Part shown: positions 1 to 12,292 of the stretch, one piece after another | Position numbering within the stretch: the stretch's first letter is position 1 | How the letters are laid out: the number at the start of each line of letters is the position of its first letter | From: Chrysomallon squamiferum | Taxonomy: Eukaryota > Animalia > Mollusca | DNA length: 64,000 nt | Direction of reading: 5' to 3' | Assembly: GCA_012295275.1 (NCBI GenBank) | Contig: CM022665.1 | Location: 4,650,001 to 4,714,000, forward strand | Notes under the pieces: model-generated | What the model was told of the DNA's origin: nothing | Database searches by the model: none | Seen by the model: only the letters and a program-made list of their open reading frames with translations | Translations under genes and position numbers: made by a program

Positions 1-1233
1 CGGTCGTAGAAACAAAATCTGTATCGACTTTGTATTAGTATTTGGTAAGATTTGTATATGTTGTCATTAAATACTAATTCAGTTATCAATTTTTGAACTC
101 TCATAACAAAATAAATGAAACGTATGAAGCCATTTTGTAACAACATAACTCAAAAAATATCATGAATTAGATGATAACATTTTGATTATTGTCTTCATTT
201 GACGAGAGAGAATGGCCTGTTTACATATTTACAGTGTATCTTTTACGAATTACATACTTTGTGATAAAATGATGAGATACGTTAAGAAGGTGTATTGAAA
301 GGATATTTGAATTCATACGTCATTTATTCTATTAAGGAGTTAAACCCATCCATGTATGTGTGTGTCTCTCACCCTCTCATCATCATCTTCATCATCATCA
401 TCATCAATATTATCATTATTATTATTATATAGAAATTTTTATTAATAAAAAGGATTATAAAGTATTAATGAAAATATCCGTTATGAGTTCTAGGTCTTGT
501 TTATTGCATGATACAGACCTCAGAAATCAAAAGTGAAAAAAAAAAAAAAAAAACAAACAAACAAATAACAAAGAAGAAAAAAAAAAAAAAAAAAGTTAAT
601 TAATGACTTATATGAACAAAAGAATACAATTAAAATATATCTGCAGCTGTCGTGTTTCCGTAGTGATGACGTCTTCGTGTACATGGCATATCTATTTTCT
701 CAAAAGTTTCTCCTAGCGTCTACAAAATACAATTATCAAAAAATGCTTAAATGAATATCCATGCATAAACAGTTTCAACTCGTCTATGATATAAACGGAA
801 AGATAAAACTTCTCCTAAATACCGTAGAAATGAGATATAATTGCTTCGGTTTTTTTGTTGTTTTTTTGTCTTTTTTGTTTGTTTTCTTTTTCTTAATTAA
901 TTAATTTATTTATTTATTGTTTTATGTTTTATTTTATTTTAAAAAGCGAAGTTGAAAGTGATATTTGCTTTCATAATCTCAACGGCTTACATGGCATCGG
1001 GTATTACAAATCAGACATTCTTAAACTTTCTTCCATATCACTTTTATGTATTTCTATATCATCATCATCATCATCATCATCATCATTAGTATTATTATAC
1101 GGAGTTTGAACTCGCACGGTTTGGCAATTCCAGTTCTTTCAAAATATCGTATAAGGCTTCCGTAAAGTAAAATTATTTATTTTGGAGAAAACAAATCCAG
1201 ATCGATATGACTGTCTGCTTTTGTAGTGGAATA

Positions 1234-1285
<52 letters not shown>

Positions 1286-1580
1286 AAAATAAAAAAAAAA
1301 ATGCCGTCCGCTTCCCTTTCAGCAGGTTTCCGCTGATCTAAGGGACATAACTACTGAAAAACAATCGGAACTCGACGAAAAATGTCTGCACATCGCAGAT
1401 GGCAGCTCATGACATACGGGATAAAATAACTACGTTCAACAGTTTTACTTTATTATCATACTTTGTTATGAATACCCCAAAACAATAAAATATTAACTTG
1501 TAAGCATAACATTTTTAATAGATCAGATATTCTTACGACTATAGCATAGACTTTAAACAGAATAGATGCATTTGATAACA

Positions 1581-1637
<57 letters not shown>

Positions 1638-1948
1638 GGTAGAAATAGTAGAAGTAGTAGTAGTGGTAGTAATGATAATAATAACAACTGTTACTCCAAT
1701 CTGAAAAATGTAATTCTCGTTAGCATGAAATTAATTGATGAAATTCCCGTGCTGAATAAAATTACTGTTTGTAAGGAAAAGAAAGGGACTGAAGTTATCT
1801 CCCATCCTACTACCCAGAGAATGTCATGGTATTTTTCTGATGACAGCTAATGATCTTCATGGTAGTGATTTCAATTATTAATAATAATCTGTTGTTATTA
1901 CATTCATCAGTCAAGCTAGAGGCTTCACTGTGTTGCTGGAATGAAGAC

Positions 1949-2003
<55 letters not shown>

Positions 2004-2087
2004 CATAATAATAATAATAACAATAATAACAATAATAATAATAAAAATAACAATAATAATAACAACAATAATAACAATAACAACAAC

Positions 2088-2130
<43 letters not shown>
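1949..2130. repeat. (AAT/AAC)n microsatellite (paralogous copies ~30653-30890 and ~57486-57655)
   Basis: Directly visible trinucleotide run. Confidence 0.95.
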
Positions 2131-2134
<4 letters not shown>

Positions 2135-2194
2135 TAACATAAAATAAATGATGAAAAGATAACAAACAACTGAAGTACCAAACAAGCCTAACTT

Positions 2195-2259
2195 TTATTC
2201 AATTTTATTCAGTTTTCTGACCATTCGTTCGAAATCCTGAGCTTTGATCTTGCTATTCC
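2195..2259 (-). pseudogene. Orphan exon 4 of the peptide/EF-hand family (relic gene; exons 1-3 missing)
   Basis: Minus strand CTAG|GG AAT AGC AAG ATC...GAA TAA translates to (G)NSKIKAQDFERMVRKLNKIE*, homologous to exon 4 of the intact copies. A family promoter remnant lies at ~2555-2760 (TATAAA at 2559-2564) with exon 1 deleted. Confidence 0.8.
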
Positions 2260-3959
2260 CTAGTAATAGAGTATTTTAACATAAAAGAATGAAAATGGAA
2301 AAAAAAATTTAATCAAACATATGATCTGTGTGAATCGGAAAAGAGAAAAATGTGAGTAAAAAAAAAAAAATAATAATAATATATATATATGTATATAACA
2401 TTTTGATTTTAACAGTCAAAAAAATAAATCAATAAACAAATTTGTTTTAATTTTTTTTTTTTTTTTTTTGAACTATTACAATAAAACACAAATTATTAAG
2501 CTTAAAGTGTCAGAATGTTCACATAAACCAAAATTGTATTAAGTAATAGCACAGTTACTTTATATCCAACTGGTGTTTTTATTTTCACTTAGATCAGAGA
2601 TAAAATGTGAGATCTTATTAATTCGATGATAGCTACATCCTGTTAATGCAATATTTTGCCGAAGTGAAGTAACCAGACAGTAAAAACATTTTTTTTTTTA
2701 ATTTGAAAAATCCCGAGCTTTCGATTCTAAACAACACATTATGGCAACAGAGAATGGAATTTCTCGTTTTTCGTACAGAAAAACATACAAAAACGAAAGT
2801 TAATCATTGAAAAGTATGCATACCGGATATTATTTTTGTTGTAAGATTTCTATTATGATATCACATTCTAATTAAAAGGAAACCTCAGCTTTTTATTTCG
2901 TTATCATTCTTCTTCATGAAATACTATATTCTTTAAATCTATTTATTTAAATTTATTTATTTATAATTAATATAGATCGTATCTGAATGCACCTAATTTA
3001 ATAAACGTTATTTCCAGAGTCTTATTGAATTGAAAAGTATACGATTAATTTATTGAAATACAGAATACATTAATTTTTGTACTTTTTGTATCATGAAATT
3101 ATAACATGAAAACAACTTAGACAGGATCCTGTCCTTTTAGCAGACTTCATCTTTTAAAGCACTTAAAAATTAAAAGAGAACATAAATGATTTTCGTATCC
3201 ATATCAAAGCAAGCACTTTTTTCATATTAATTTTAATGAACACTCGAGATACTGAAATCAGTTCCGCTCTTTTGAAAGATAGCACCTGGACTATTTGTTA
3301 TTTCTACACTTTATTAAAATGTTTTTGTTATCCTGGAATGAAAACCTTTAATCTTCTATAATAAATCTGACTTATTTTGTTTCTAAAGCTCCAAAATATA
3401 CAAAGACTTATTGGTTGCACATACATATACATACATATAGAGATATATACACACATTCATATACTCTCTAGATACACACAGTAAAATTAAACAAACCGTT
3501 TTCAGTTTCATAATTTTATTTGTTTCTTAATAATTATCTTCATGGTCCTTCACGTGGAACCTGATAAAAAAGAAAAGGAAATTAAAAGAAAGGAATAATA
3601 ATTTGAGAATCTTTAAAATTTTATTTTATGCTATACACGTACTTGTTACACTACAACCAGTCTTGAGTTAAAACGGAGAAGAAGAAGAAAAAGATGAGGA
3701 GGAGGAGGGGAGGGGGAGGGGATGAGGAAAAGATAAAATAAAAAACAAATTACTGGACAATATAATTTACTGCCACTTAAATGAGAGGTTTTATTAACTT
3801 TTAAACATTAACAACAACAACAACAACAACAACAACAATAATAATAACTACCTCCGAAAGGTAATGAAAAAAAAATAAAATAAAAAAAAAAATAAAAAAA
3901 AAATAACGTACAACAATCGTATGATAAGTTACAAGTGAAATACCGAAAAAGATTTACTT

Positions 3960-4048
3960 TTATTCATGTTCATTCAGTTCTCTGACCATTCGCTGCAAAT
4001 CCCGAGTTGCGATCTCGGCGTTTCCTAGCAACAAAAATCATTCAGACG

Positions 4049-4084
<36 letters not shown>

Positions 4085-5041
4085 GCTATTTTACTGAGAG
4101 AAAGAAAGAGACAGTCCATCAAAACAATAATACTGTTAGTCCACACTTTTTATAATTTTAAAAATCTCTTTTCAAAGCTGCTTTTTACTCAGCCCAGATA
4201 ATAAATCTACGACTGACACCTTTCTTTAGTTAAGCCTATTTTTATTGTTCTAACTTTCCTTCTTAGAATCTCAGCATTTTAAACAATTTCATTTCGTTCT
4301 TAGAATTACTGATCTGTTAACATTAATGTTATCTAGTTTTTAAAATGACTTACCATCCTCGCTAAGAAGTTCGAGAAAATTCTCAGCGTCTCGTCGACTC
4401 ATTATTTGTTCAAGTTCTTGTTGGTCCACGATCCCGTCCATGTTGGTATCGATCTCCGAAACGTCTTAAATAAATGTATTCATTTAAACTCACAGATAAA
4501 GTCACTGAATTAAGCACATTATAATTTAGTGTAAGCAACATTACAGTAATTGAACTTTGTTTTAAACTGTGTTAAGAAATTATATATACCTATACATGCA
4601 AACCATAATTAATTGAAAAGGCAAAATAAGTATTTTTCATATTCAGGTAAGAATCATTGTATGTGAAGATATAGGAAGTATTCTTCGTGTTAATTTCAGA
4701 TATATAATTCTTCCTCCCTTTTATATATTACGGATCTGGAGGTTTTAACCTGATGTTACCATTTTAATGAGTTTTCAAAATACAACAGTCTTTCAAATTC
4801 TACATTTTCAAGACAGCTGTCAGATAAATGCTAAAAACTAAACATTATTTAACAAGAATGGAATCAAAACCTAATTCCCATTCATACCTCGTTTTCCGAA
4901 AAGTGATGCTACCGCTCCTACTGCTGCCGCAGCTGCCCCGACTCTACTAGCAGTCTCTCTGACTCGTCTCCAGGTAGTAAACCATGCGTCACCCTGATTT
5001 AGGACAGCGAACACAACCACAAGAAGAAAACCAATTCTCAT
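3960..5041 (-). CDS. g1: secreted cationic peptide + EF-hand precursor, 109 aa, intact; predicted mature peptide WFTTWRRVRETASRVGAAAAAVGAVASLF-amide
   Basis: Coding exons 5041-4888, 4464-4354 and 4024-3960, all with AG/GT boundaries and phase-1 introns. Spliced product: MRIGFLLVVVFAVLNQGDA|WFTTWRRVRETASRVGAAAAAVGAVASLF|GKR|DVSEIDTNMDGIVDQQELEQIMSRRDAENFLELLSEDGNAEIATRDLQRMVRELNEHE*. Confidence 0.88.
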
Positions 5042-5330
5042 CTGTAGAAAAAACAGACAAAACATTTGACAAAGAAAGAAAACAGAAGACATCGATGATG
5101 ATAATGATAGCAAATAAATTGCTAATATTTTATTTTATTTTATTTTATTTTATTTATTTATTTATTTATTTTAGTTCTTATTTCTCCAAATATTCAACTT
5201 GAAATTTTGATTTTCACTATTACACTAAAATAGAAACTATTAAGCTTAAAGTGTCAGAATGTTCACATAAATAAAAAATACATTAAATAATAGCACAGAG
5301 ATTAGAATAAATAAAAGCTTTATGACTCAC

Positions 5331-5480
5331 CTTTGAGCTGTAAACTGATTACTCGAAGAAGAAATGAATAAAATTGTTATCGAACTTTGCTAATTTATAT
5401 CCAACTGGTGTTTTTATTTTCACTTAGATGAGAGATAAAATGTGAGATCTTATTAATGCGGTGATACCTACATCCTGTTA
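5331..5480 (-). promoter_or_regulatory. g1 core promoter and non-coding exon 1
   Basis: TATAAA at 5394-5399 (minus), Inr-like TCATTT near 5365, and donor AAAG|GTGAGT at 5331/5330. The same block precedes the other full-length copies. Confidence 0.7.
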
Positions 5481-8400
5481 ATGCAATATGTTGCCAAAAC
5501 CAAATGACATCTGAAAACAAAAAAAAAAAAAAAAAAATCCCACCTTTCGATTCTCAACCAGAATGGAATTTTTTCAAGATTTTTTTTTTTTAATAAATTA
5601 GAAACTGTGATTATTGAGGTGTGTTGTTAAGTTTAATTTTTATTTATTTAACTAGTTTGACCAGAAAAGAACTTACTGTTGTCAGAATTGTATTATGAAA
5701 TGATATTCTAATAAAATAAAACGTCAGTTTCCCTGTATAATCGTCACCTTTTTATTTCATAATCATTCTTTTTCATGAAATACAATATTCTTTAAACTTC
5801 CGAATTTTGTTTAAATTTAATTATTTATTTATATTTTTATATATATATATAAAATCAAGACAGGTTTAACAATAAAATGCACAAATATAATAAACGTTAT
5901 TTCAGAATATTTATTGAATGAAAAACTATTCTATTAATTTAAATGACATACAGCAAACGTTTATGTTTTTGTTTAAACTGTTATGAAATTATAAAATGAA
6001 AAAATCTTAGACGGAATCTGGCCTTTTAACCCACTTCATATCCAACTTTTGTAATTTTTATTTTATTTTATTTTATTTTATTTTATTTATTTATTTATTA
6101 TTATTATTATTTTTTCAAATATTTAACTTGAAATGAAAATAAAACAATGAAAATGGGAGAAAAACAATTTAATCAAATATATGATCTTTCTGAATCGGAA
6201 AATTAACCAAAACATCGTGGATTTTAAGAAGATGTGGGTAGAAATATTAACGTTTCAAAAACAAAAAGAGAAAAAAGACAATAAATCTATGATATCTTAG
6301 AACAATATATATATAATCTCACTGAATTGAGAACTATTCGATTAATTTAATAGTCTCATGAGAGCAACTTAGACAACATCCTGTCCTTTTAACCGACTTC
6401 ATCTTTTAAAGCACTTAAAAACTAAAAGAGAACAAAAATCATATTCGTATCCATATGTAAACAAGAATTTTTTCATATCAATTTTAATTGAAATAATTAC
6501 TTTTTTTACTTAATTTTTTTGTTTTGTTTTTTTAGCTAGATGTGATTTTTACATAGCAGTTTAACTTATTTTTATGAAGGGCAAGATGACATTCTATTTG
6601 TGTGACTGTACCGGTAACATGATCCAACATATAACACGTTGGCAGAAAATTAATTTGTAACAGATTCGATAAACATCCGGTTAACTGATTGCTATTGATA
6701 CATTTTATATATATCAATTAACTTTGCATCACATTGAATTAACAAGCATCTACCCATCATCACATTGATAAGTTTTCACACTTTATCGCTGACTTAAGTG
6801 AACTTAAATACACCAAGTTATAATAGTATAAGGTAACTGACTACATTAAGCATTTTATACCACTGAAAAATAACGAAATAAATATATTTTTTTTTACTTT
6901 AGTGGGTTATATATATATATATATATATGTTTTGTTTATTTTAATATATATATATGTTTTATATAGTAATAATAATCGTTATCATAGCCGCAGTGGCCTT
7001 AGTAATAGTAGTAGCAGTATTTTAAAATAAGGAAGATATATTTTATTGAACACCGTGGTAAACCTTTTCTTCATTTCTATTTTTTTCTCTTTTCTTTTTA
7101 GTTTAAATCTAAGATATACTGCTTTATATCTATGCCATCATGAACCACGCTGTTCATTCATTTCTACTTTTTTTTTTTTTTTTAAATATTTTCTTTTTTT
7201 TTTCATAATAATAATGAAGAAGTGTTTGAATAAATTTGTTTGGAATAAAATTTGAAAATTTGCGTCATCATTTGATGATCTGTGTGTTTTTTTTTTTTTT
7301 AATTTATTTAAATTTTACTCATTTTAACAGTTCAAGTTTTATTTTTATTATTTCTTTTTTTTTTTAAATGTACACTGAGATATAAATAAAATCCCTGTCT
7401 TTTGGAATATTGTTGATTTACTAAATATTTTTGTTTAAATTAACAAACTGTCAAGTTGCTTTTAAAACTGTCAGTTGTTGTTGTTGTTTATTACTGTCCA
7501 TTATTATTATTATTTAAGCTGAAAAAATAATTTATTTTATGCCAACAATATTATTTTCAGAATAATAATTAATTTTTTATTATTTCTTTTCTTCTTCTTT
7601 TTGATGATATTAGGTGGGTTTTTTTTTTGTTTTTTTGAACTCGAGGGTGATGTTATTTTATTTGTTTTTGTTAATGTAATAAGAAAAAAAAGTCTATTTA
7701 ATTGAAAAAACAAATTTTTGATAAATTACATAGATGATCATCCATTTCTTATAAATCATTTTTCTTTTTTTCTAAAAAAAAAATGGAATATTTTATACAA
7801 TCTTTTTCTTTCATTAAATTAAGAAACTATTATAGACATAAACAAACGTTGACACTTTTAAAACTGTCAGTTTTTAATTCTTTAACAGTATAGTACTAGA
7901 ATAATGGTGATTTAGTCACAACAATCAGATAAGGGTTAAACAAATTTAACATTATTTCATATATTATTAGTTATCCAGGTCCAGCTTGAACTCGAACAGT
8001 GATGATAGCTACATCCTGTTAATGCAATAAGCTGCCGAAGATAAAAAGAAACTGGCATGTCTCGTTTTTCGTACAGAGAAACATACAAACACGAAAGTTA
8101 ATCTTTGAAAAATATGAATACTGGGTATTATTTTTGTTGTAAGATTTCTATTATGAAAGACATTGCATTAAAAATAAAACACAAGTTTCCGTGTATAATC
8201 GATAGCTTTCTATTTGATAATCATTCTTTTTTATGAAATACTACATTCTTTAAATCTTCCTAATTTTGTTTAAATTTACTTATATATTTATTTATTTATA
8301 AAGGAAAATATGACATTCTATTTCTGTGACTGTACTGGTAACACGATCCTATCTATAACACAGTGGCAGAAAATTAATTTGTAACAGATATACCAAACAT

Positions 8401-8984
8401 CCGGTTAACTTATCGCTGATCTGTACATACATACATAGATACATACATACATATATATATATATCAGTTAACGTTGCAGCACATTGCCTTAACACAACAT
8501 CTACCCATCATCACACTGTAAACGTTTCACACTTTATCGACGAGTTAAGTGAACTCAAATATACCAAGTTATAATGGTACACGGTAATTGATTATATTAT
8601 GCATTTTATACCACTGAAAAATAACAAGAAAACAATTTTCTTAAAACATGCTCTTTTTGTTGTTGTTTTTTTACCCCATGTAGTAATAGTACTAATAGTC
8701 GTTGTGGTAGCTGTAGTCATAGCAGTAGTGTTAGTAGATAGTTTTTAAAAGTAGAGTATCAGCACTAGTAGTGGTAATAGTAAAGAAAGGAACATATGTT
8801 TTATTAAACGCCGTACTAAACCTTTTTTTATTTTATTTTTTATTTATTGAAAGTGAAAGTGAAAAAAATTAACGTGCTAATCAGAGCAAGCTATTGTGAA
8901 GCACGTTTACGACAGGCACGATTTCTGGCGCTTTATTCATTATTCTTTTTTACCATAAATCTTCGATATATTGCAGTATTAACC

Positions 8985-9765
8985 AAGTGTTTGTTCTGTA
9001 CATTATGTCATGATATAAAATCAGCATTCGGGCTACTACCAATATTTCAGTGCATCAATCAGTTTTGCTCTGTTTGAAAAGTGTTCAACGTTTATTCAGT
9101 GGGAAGATGAGAGGCTGTGTTACATTGACTGACCGGTTGTGTTGCACTGTTGGACGATTTTCTTTTGTGGGGTGCAGGACAGGGTCAAATGAATATCACA
9201 AGCTAAAGGGAAATTTTCATACAACATGTTGCAAGTTGGGAATTCCCATTGGAGAAAAGAAAACTGTGGGACCCGGCACATTGTAATTTTGCTCCAATGG
9301 GAATATTAATAATGCTTTGGAATGCCACAAAGATACCCACTGCAAGTATGACAACAGATGCAGATAGGCTGTTAAAGAATTCAATGACAGCCAAAACACA
9401 GGCGGATAAATCGAACTGAGCAATCGTGGTACCGGATTTTACCTTCGAGTTTAGATCTAGAGAAAAACACCTCAACCAGCTGACACTTCTCAAAAGAAAT
9501 ATCACAGAGGTTATGGCTATCTGCTCTATCTGAACAGTTTCGCAAGTGAAAACGTCTGTCTAGTGCGAGGTTTGTATAACTATTTGCAATGACGGTGTAA
9601 AACTGGTTCAACCCAACATTTTACTAATTATAATGTACCAGTTTAACATTGTTCTCAAACGCATATTGCAGTTTATAAATGTAAAATGTCAATGTTATAA
9701 ATCACATAGCTTTAGAATATGTGCAGCAACATAAGCTGCAGCTAGAGGGGTAACAGAGGATATAA
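8985..9765 (+). mobile_element. Internally deleted Ngaro/DIRS-like retrotransposon remnant (RT and tyrosine recombinase pieces)
   Basis: Broken frames encode DIKSAFGLLPIF, LDDF and KLGIP (RT) and YKSHSFRICAAT (recombinase box, ~9696-9735). Near-identical copy at ~38200-38985. Confidence 0.75.
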
Positions 9766-10029
9766 TTTTAACGGAAATAATTACTTTTCTTCTTAATATT
9801 TTTTTTTAGCTAGACGTGTTTTGTACATAACATTTTAACTTATTTTTAGGAACGGCAAGATGACATTCTATTTGTGTGACTGTACCGGTAACATGATCCA
9901 ACCTATAACACGTTGGCAGAAAATTAATTTGTAACAGATTCAACCAACATCCGGTTAACTGATTGCTGATGACACATTTTATATACATATCAGTTAACGT
10001 TGCATTGAATTAACAAGCATCTACCCATC

Positions 10030-10520
10030 GGTGTCGGCCCGGGAAGTCGACAAATCTATTTTGTTTAGTACCGCGACGTAGAATAATAAAAGTACCGGGA
10101 CGTAGACATTTCTAATTGTTTCTAAGTTGTGCGCTGCAGTTATGAGTCGCCTTTTTTGTTAACAACGAGAAGAGAACCCTGAAGTAGAATGTTATGTGAT
10201 TACTGTCCTGGGTAGAATTTGTAATTAAGCTTCCATTAACTGAGTAGGTGCCTGTGTGTTTTTGTTTTTTGTTTATTTGCTCGTATTATGCTCTACCAAT
10301 TTATTGTTTTGGGTAGTAAATTTATCATTATCTTATACTGAGCAGGCACTTGTACATTGGTTCTAGTAATTTTGCCGAGGGGTGCTGGTTTATTTAGGAC
10401 AGTCACAGATTGGGAACCTTGGCTCTTCCCCACTGTCTGATTAAAAAGACCAGAAAGGGTATAAGCAGCTAATCATGTATACCAGGTTTCCACTGACGAG
10501 CCACAAACTCATGTAAATGT
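10030..10520 (+). mobile_element. GC-richer repeat ending in the retroelement terminal sequence (longer copy ~39255-39850)
   Basis: The family flank is interrupted abruptly after ATCTACCCATC. The 39.2-39.85 kb copy ends in CCAGAGGGTCCTGGGTTATTAGTTTTATTC...AATAAAATGGGTTTGGGGGTATTCATG, which is shared with 46027-46110. Confidence 0.5.
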
Positions 10521-11680
10521 AAATAATTGTACATCGTGAAAGATCTCACTTGTACATAGAAATAATTTATTTATTTGACAACTAATATTATTTTCGAATA
10601 ATTTTTTAAATTTATTTATTTATTTGTTTTGAGTGAGGAGTTGTTTTGTTTGTTTGCTTGTAATTTATCCAAAAATAAATAACATAAAGATCATGCATTT
10701 CTTTTAATTAATCTTTTTTTTCTTTTCGAAGAAAATGTAAACTGAGAAATAAATAAAATTATACAATCTTAAGAATGTGTTGTGCTAAGAAAGTATCATA
10801 GACATGGACAAACGCAAGACTCTTTTAAAACTGTCAGCGCTAATTCTGAACAGTGACTATAACAGTACTAGAACAATTGTAGTTATCCAGTTCTAGATTG
10901 AACACTTACATTCAGGATATAGCGACAGTTCTCCGGAAAAGAAAAGAAAAGAAAAGAAAAAAAGAAAAAGAAAAAGAAATCTCCGTTCTTTTATTGAAAA
11001 AGAAAAGGGACTCGGTTCGAACCTTACCGCTGGCCCTCTGCAGTCTTTAGAAAAATAAACTTTCTTCTTGAATTGTGTTTTGCTCAAATCGTTCACATTA
11101 ATTAGAGATTTGGGAGCACTACGGTTCCAAAAATACTCGAACGATGATGTTCAAACTAGATCTATCATAAATGTTTCTGAACACGTGGGATACTGAAATC
11201 ACTTCCCCTCTTTTCAAAGTTGCACCTGCGGTATTTATTATTGTAACACTTTATTAAACTATTTTTGTTATCCTGGAGTAAAGAGTTTTAATCTGGTTTA
11301 ATAAATGTGTCTTATTTAGTTTCTGTAGCTTCGAAATACACAAACACTTATTGCATGCACAGACATATACATACATATAGAGATATGTTCACACATCCAT
11401 ATACATTCTAGATACACACAGTAAAATTAAACAAACCGTTTTCAGTTTCATAATTTTATTTGTTTCTTTATAACCGTCTTCATGGTCCTTCAAGTTGGAA
11501 CCTGATGAAAAAGAAAAGGAAATTAAAAGAAAGGGATAAAAAAAATTCCTTTATGCTATACATTTATTTATGCTATAAAACAAATCATGACATAAAATCG
11601 AGAAGAAGAAGAAGATGATGATGAGAGAAATAAAAAATAAAAACAAATTACTGAAAATATATATTTTTTTATTAATAAAA

Positions 11681-11711
<31 letters not shown>

Positions 11712-11716
11712 AATAA

Positions 11717-11747
<31 letters not shown>

Positions 11748-11801
11748 TTCATACGATAACCGTATGATAAGATAAACTGAGATACTGAAAAAGACTTACT
11801 T

Positions 11802-11882
11802 TTATTCACTTTCATTCAGTTCTCTTACCATTCGCTCGAAATCCCGAGTTGTGATCTTGGAATTTCAAAACAAAAATCATTC

Positions 11883-11920
<38 letters not shown>

Positions 11921-11936
11921 GTATTTTGTGTCTGTT

Positions 11937-12023
<87 letters not shown>

Positions 12024-12292
12024 CTTATTAATCTTTTTTTAAAGCTGCTTTTTACTCAGCCCAGATAATAATTCTCTGACTGGCACCTTTCTTTAGTTAA
12101 TACTAAATTTATTGTTATAACTTTCGTCCTTAGAATTACAGCATTATAAACAATTTCATTCTGATCTGTTAACATTACTGTTATCTAGATTTTAAAATGA
12201 CTTACCATCCTCGCTAAGAAGTTCGAGAAAATTCTCAGCGTCTCGTCGACTCATTATTTGTTCAAGTTCTTGTTGGTCCACGATCCCGTCCA
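11802..12292 (-). pseudogene. g2: deleted paralogue of g8 (3' part of exon 3 plus exon 4 only)
   Basis: Exon 3 (12206-12292) breaks at CGTCCA|ATGGAATTTTTTG and joins directly to upstream flank. The exon 4 acceptor AG is also lost (GGAATTTC-AAAACAAAAATC versus GGAATTTCCTGTTAACAAAAATC in g8). Confidence 0.85.
11941..12019. repeat. (GA)n microsatellite in intron 3 of g2
   Basis: Directly visible. Confidence 0.95.

Noticed and set aside
1301-1435. GC-richer island containing AAGGGACATAACT (three copies) as an ncRNA or named transposon
   Set aside because: Probably an old repeat fragment, but no termini, TSD or stable structure could be demonstrated.
1911-2185. Poly-N/I/L/Y ORFs here and at ~15979-16246, 30615-30939 and 57448-57706
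   Set aside because: Translations of (AAT)n/(TAT)n microsatellites; no coding signal.
4871-5113. Track ORFs with N-terminal extensions (MFCLFFLQ-M…) and GMNGN/GMNEN ends as single-exon genes
   Set aside because: The extensions are the polypyrimidine tract and acceptor of intron 1, and the tails are the start of intron 2 (G|GTATGA); the spliced model fits all intact copies better.
6532-6717. Repeated Cys-containing ORF MYIKC…CWLNLLQINFLPTCY… (also 9806, 39026, 63811)
   Set aside because: Part of the duplicated upstream flank; many other copies of the block carry indels that break it, and it has no recognisable domain or splice structure.
9203-9611. Minus-strand ORFs over the retroelement remnants (also 13500, 24154, 38420, 44185, 44648, 45534)
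   Set aside because: Antisense shadows of the GC-richer decayed RT, recombinase and hydrolase sequence.
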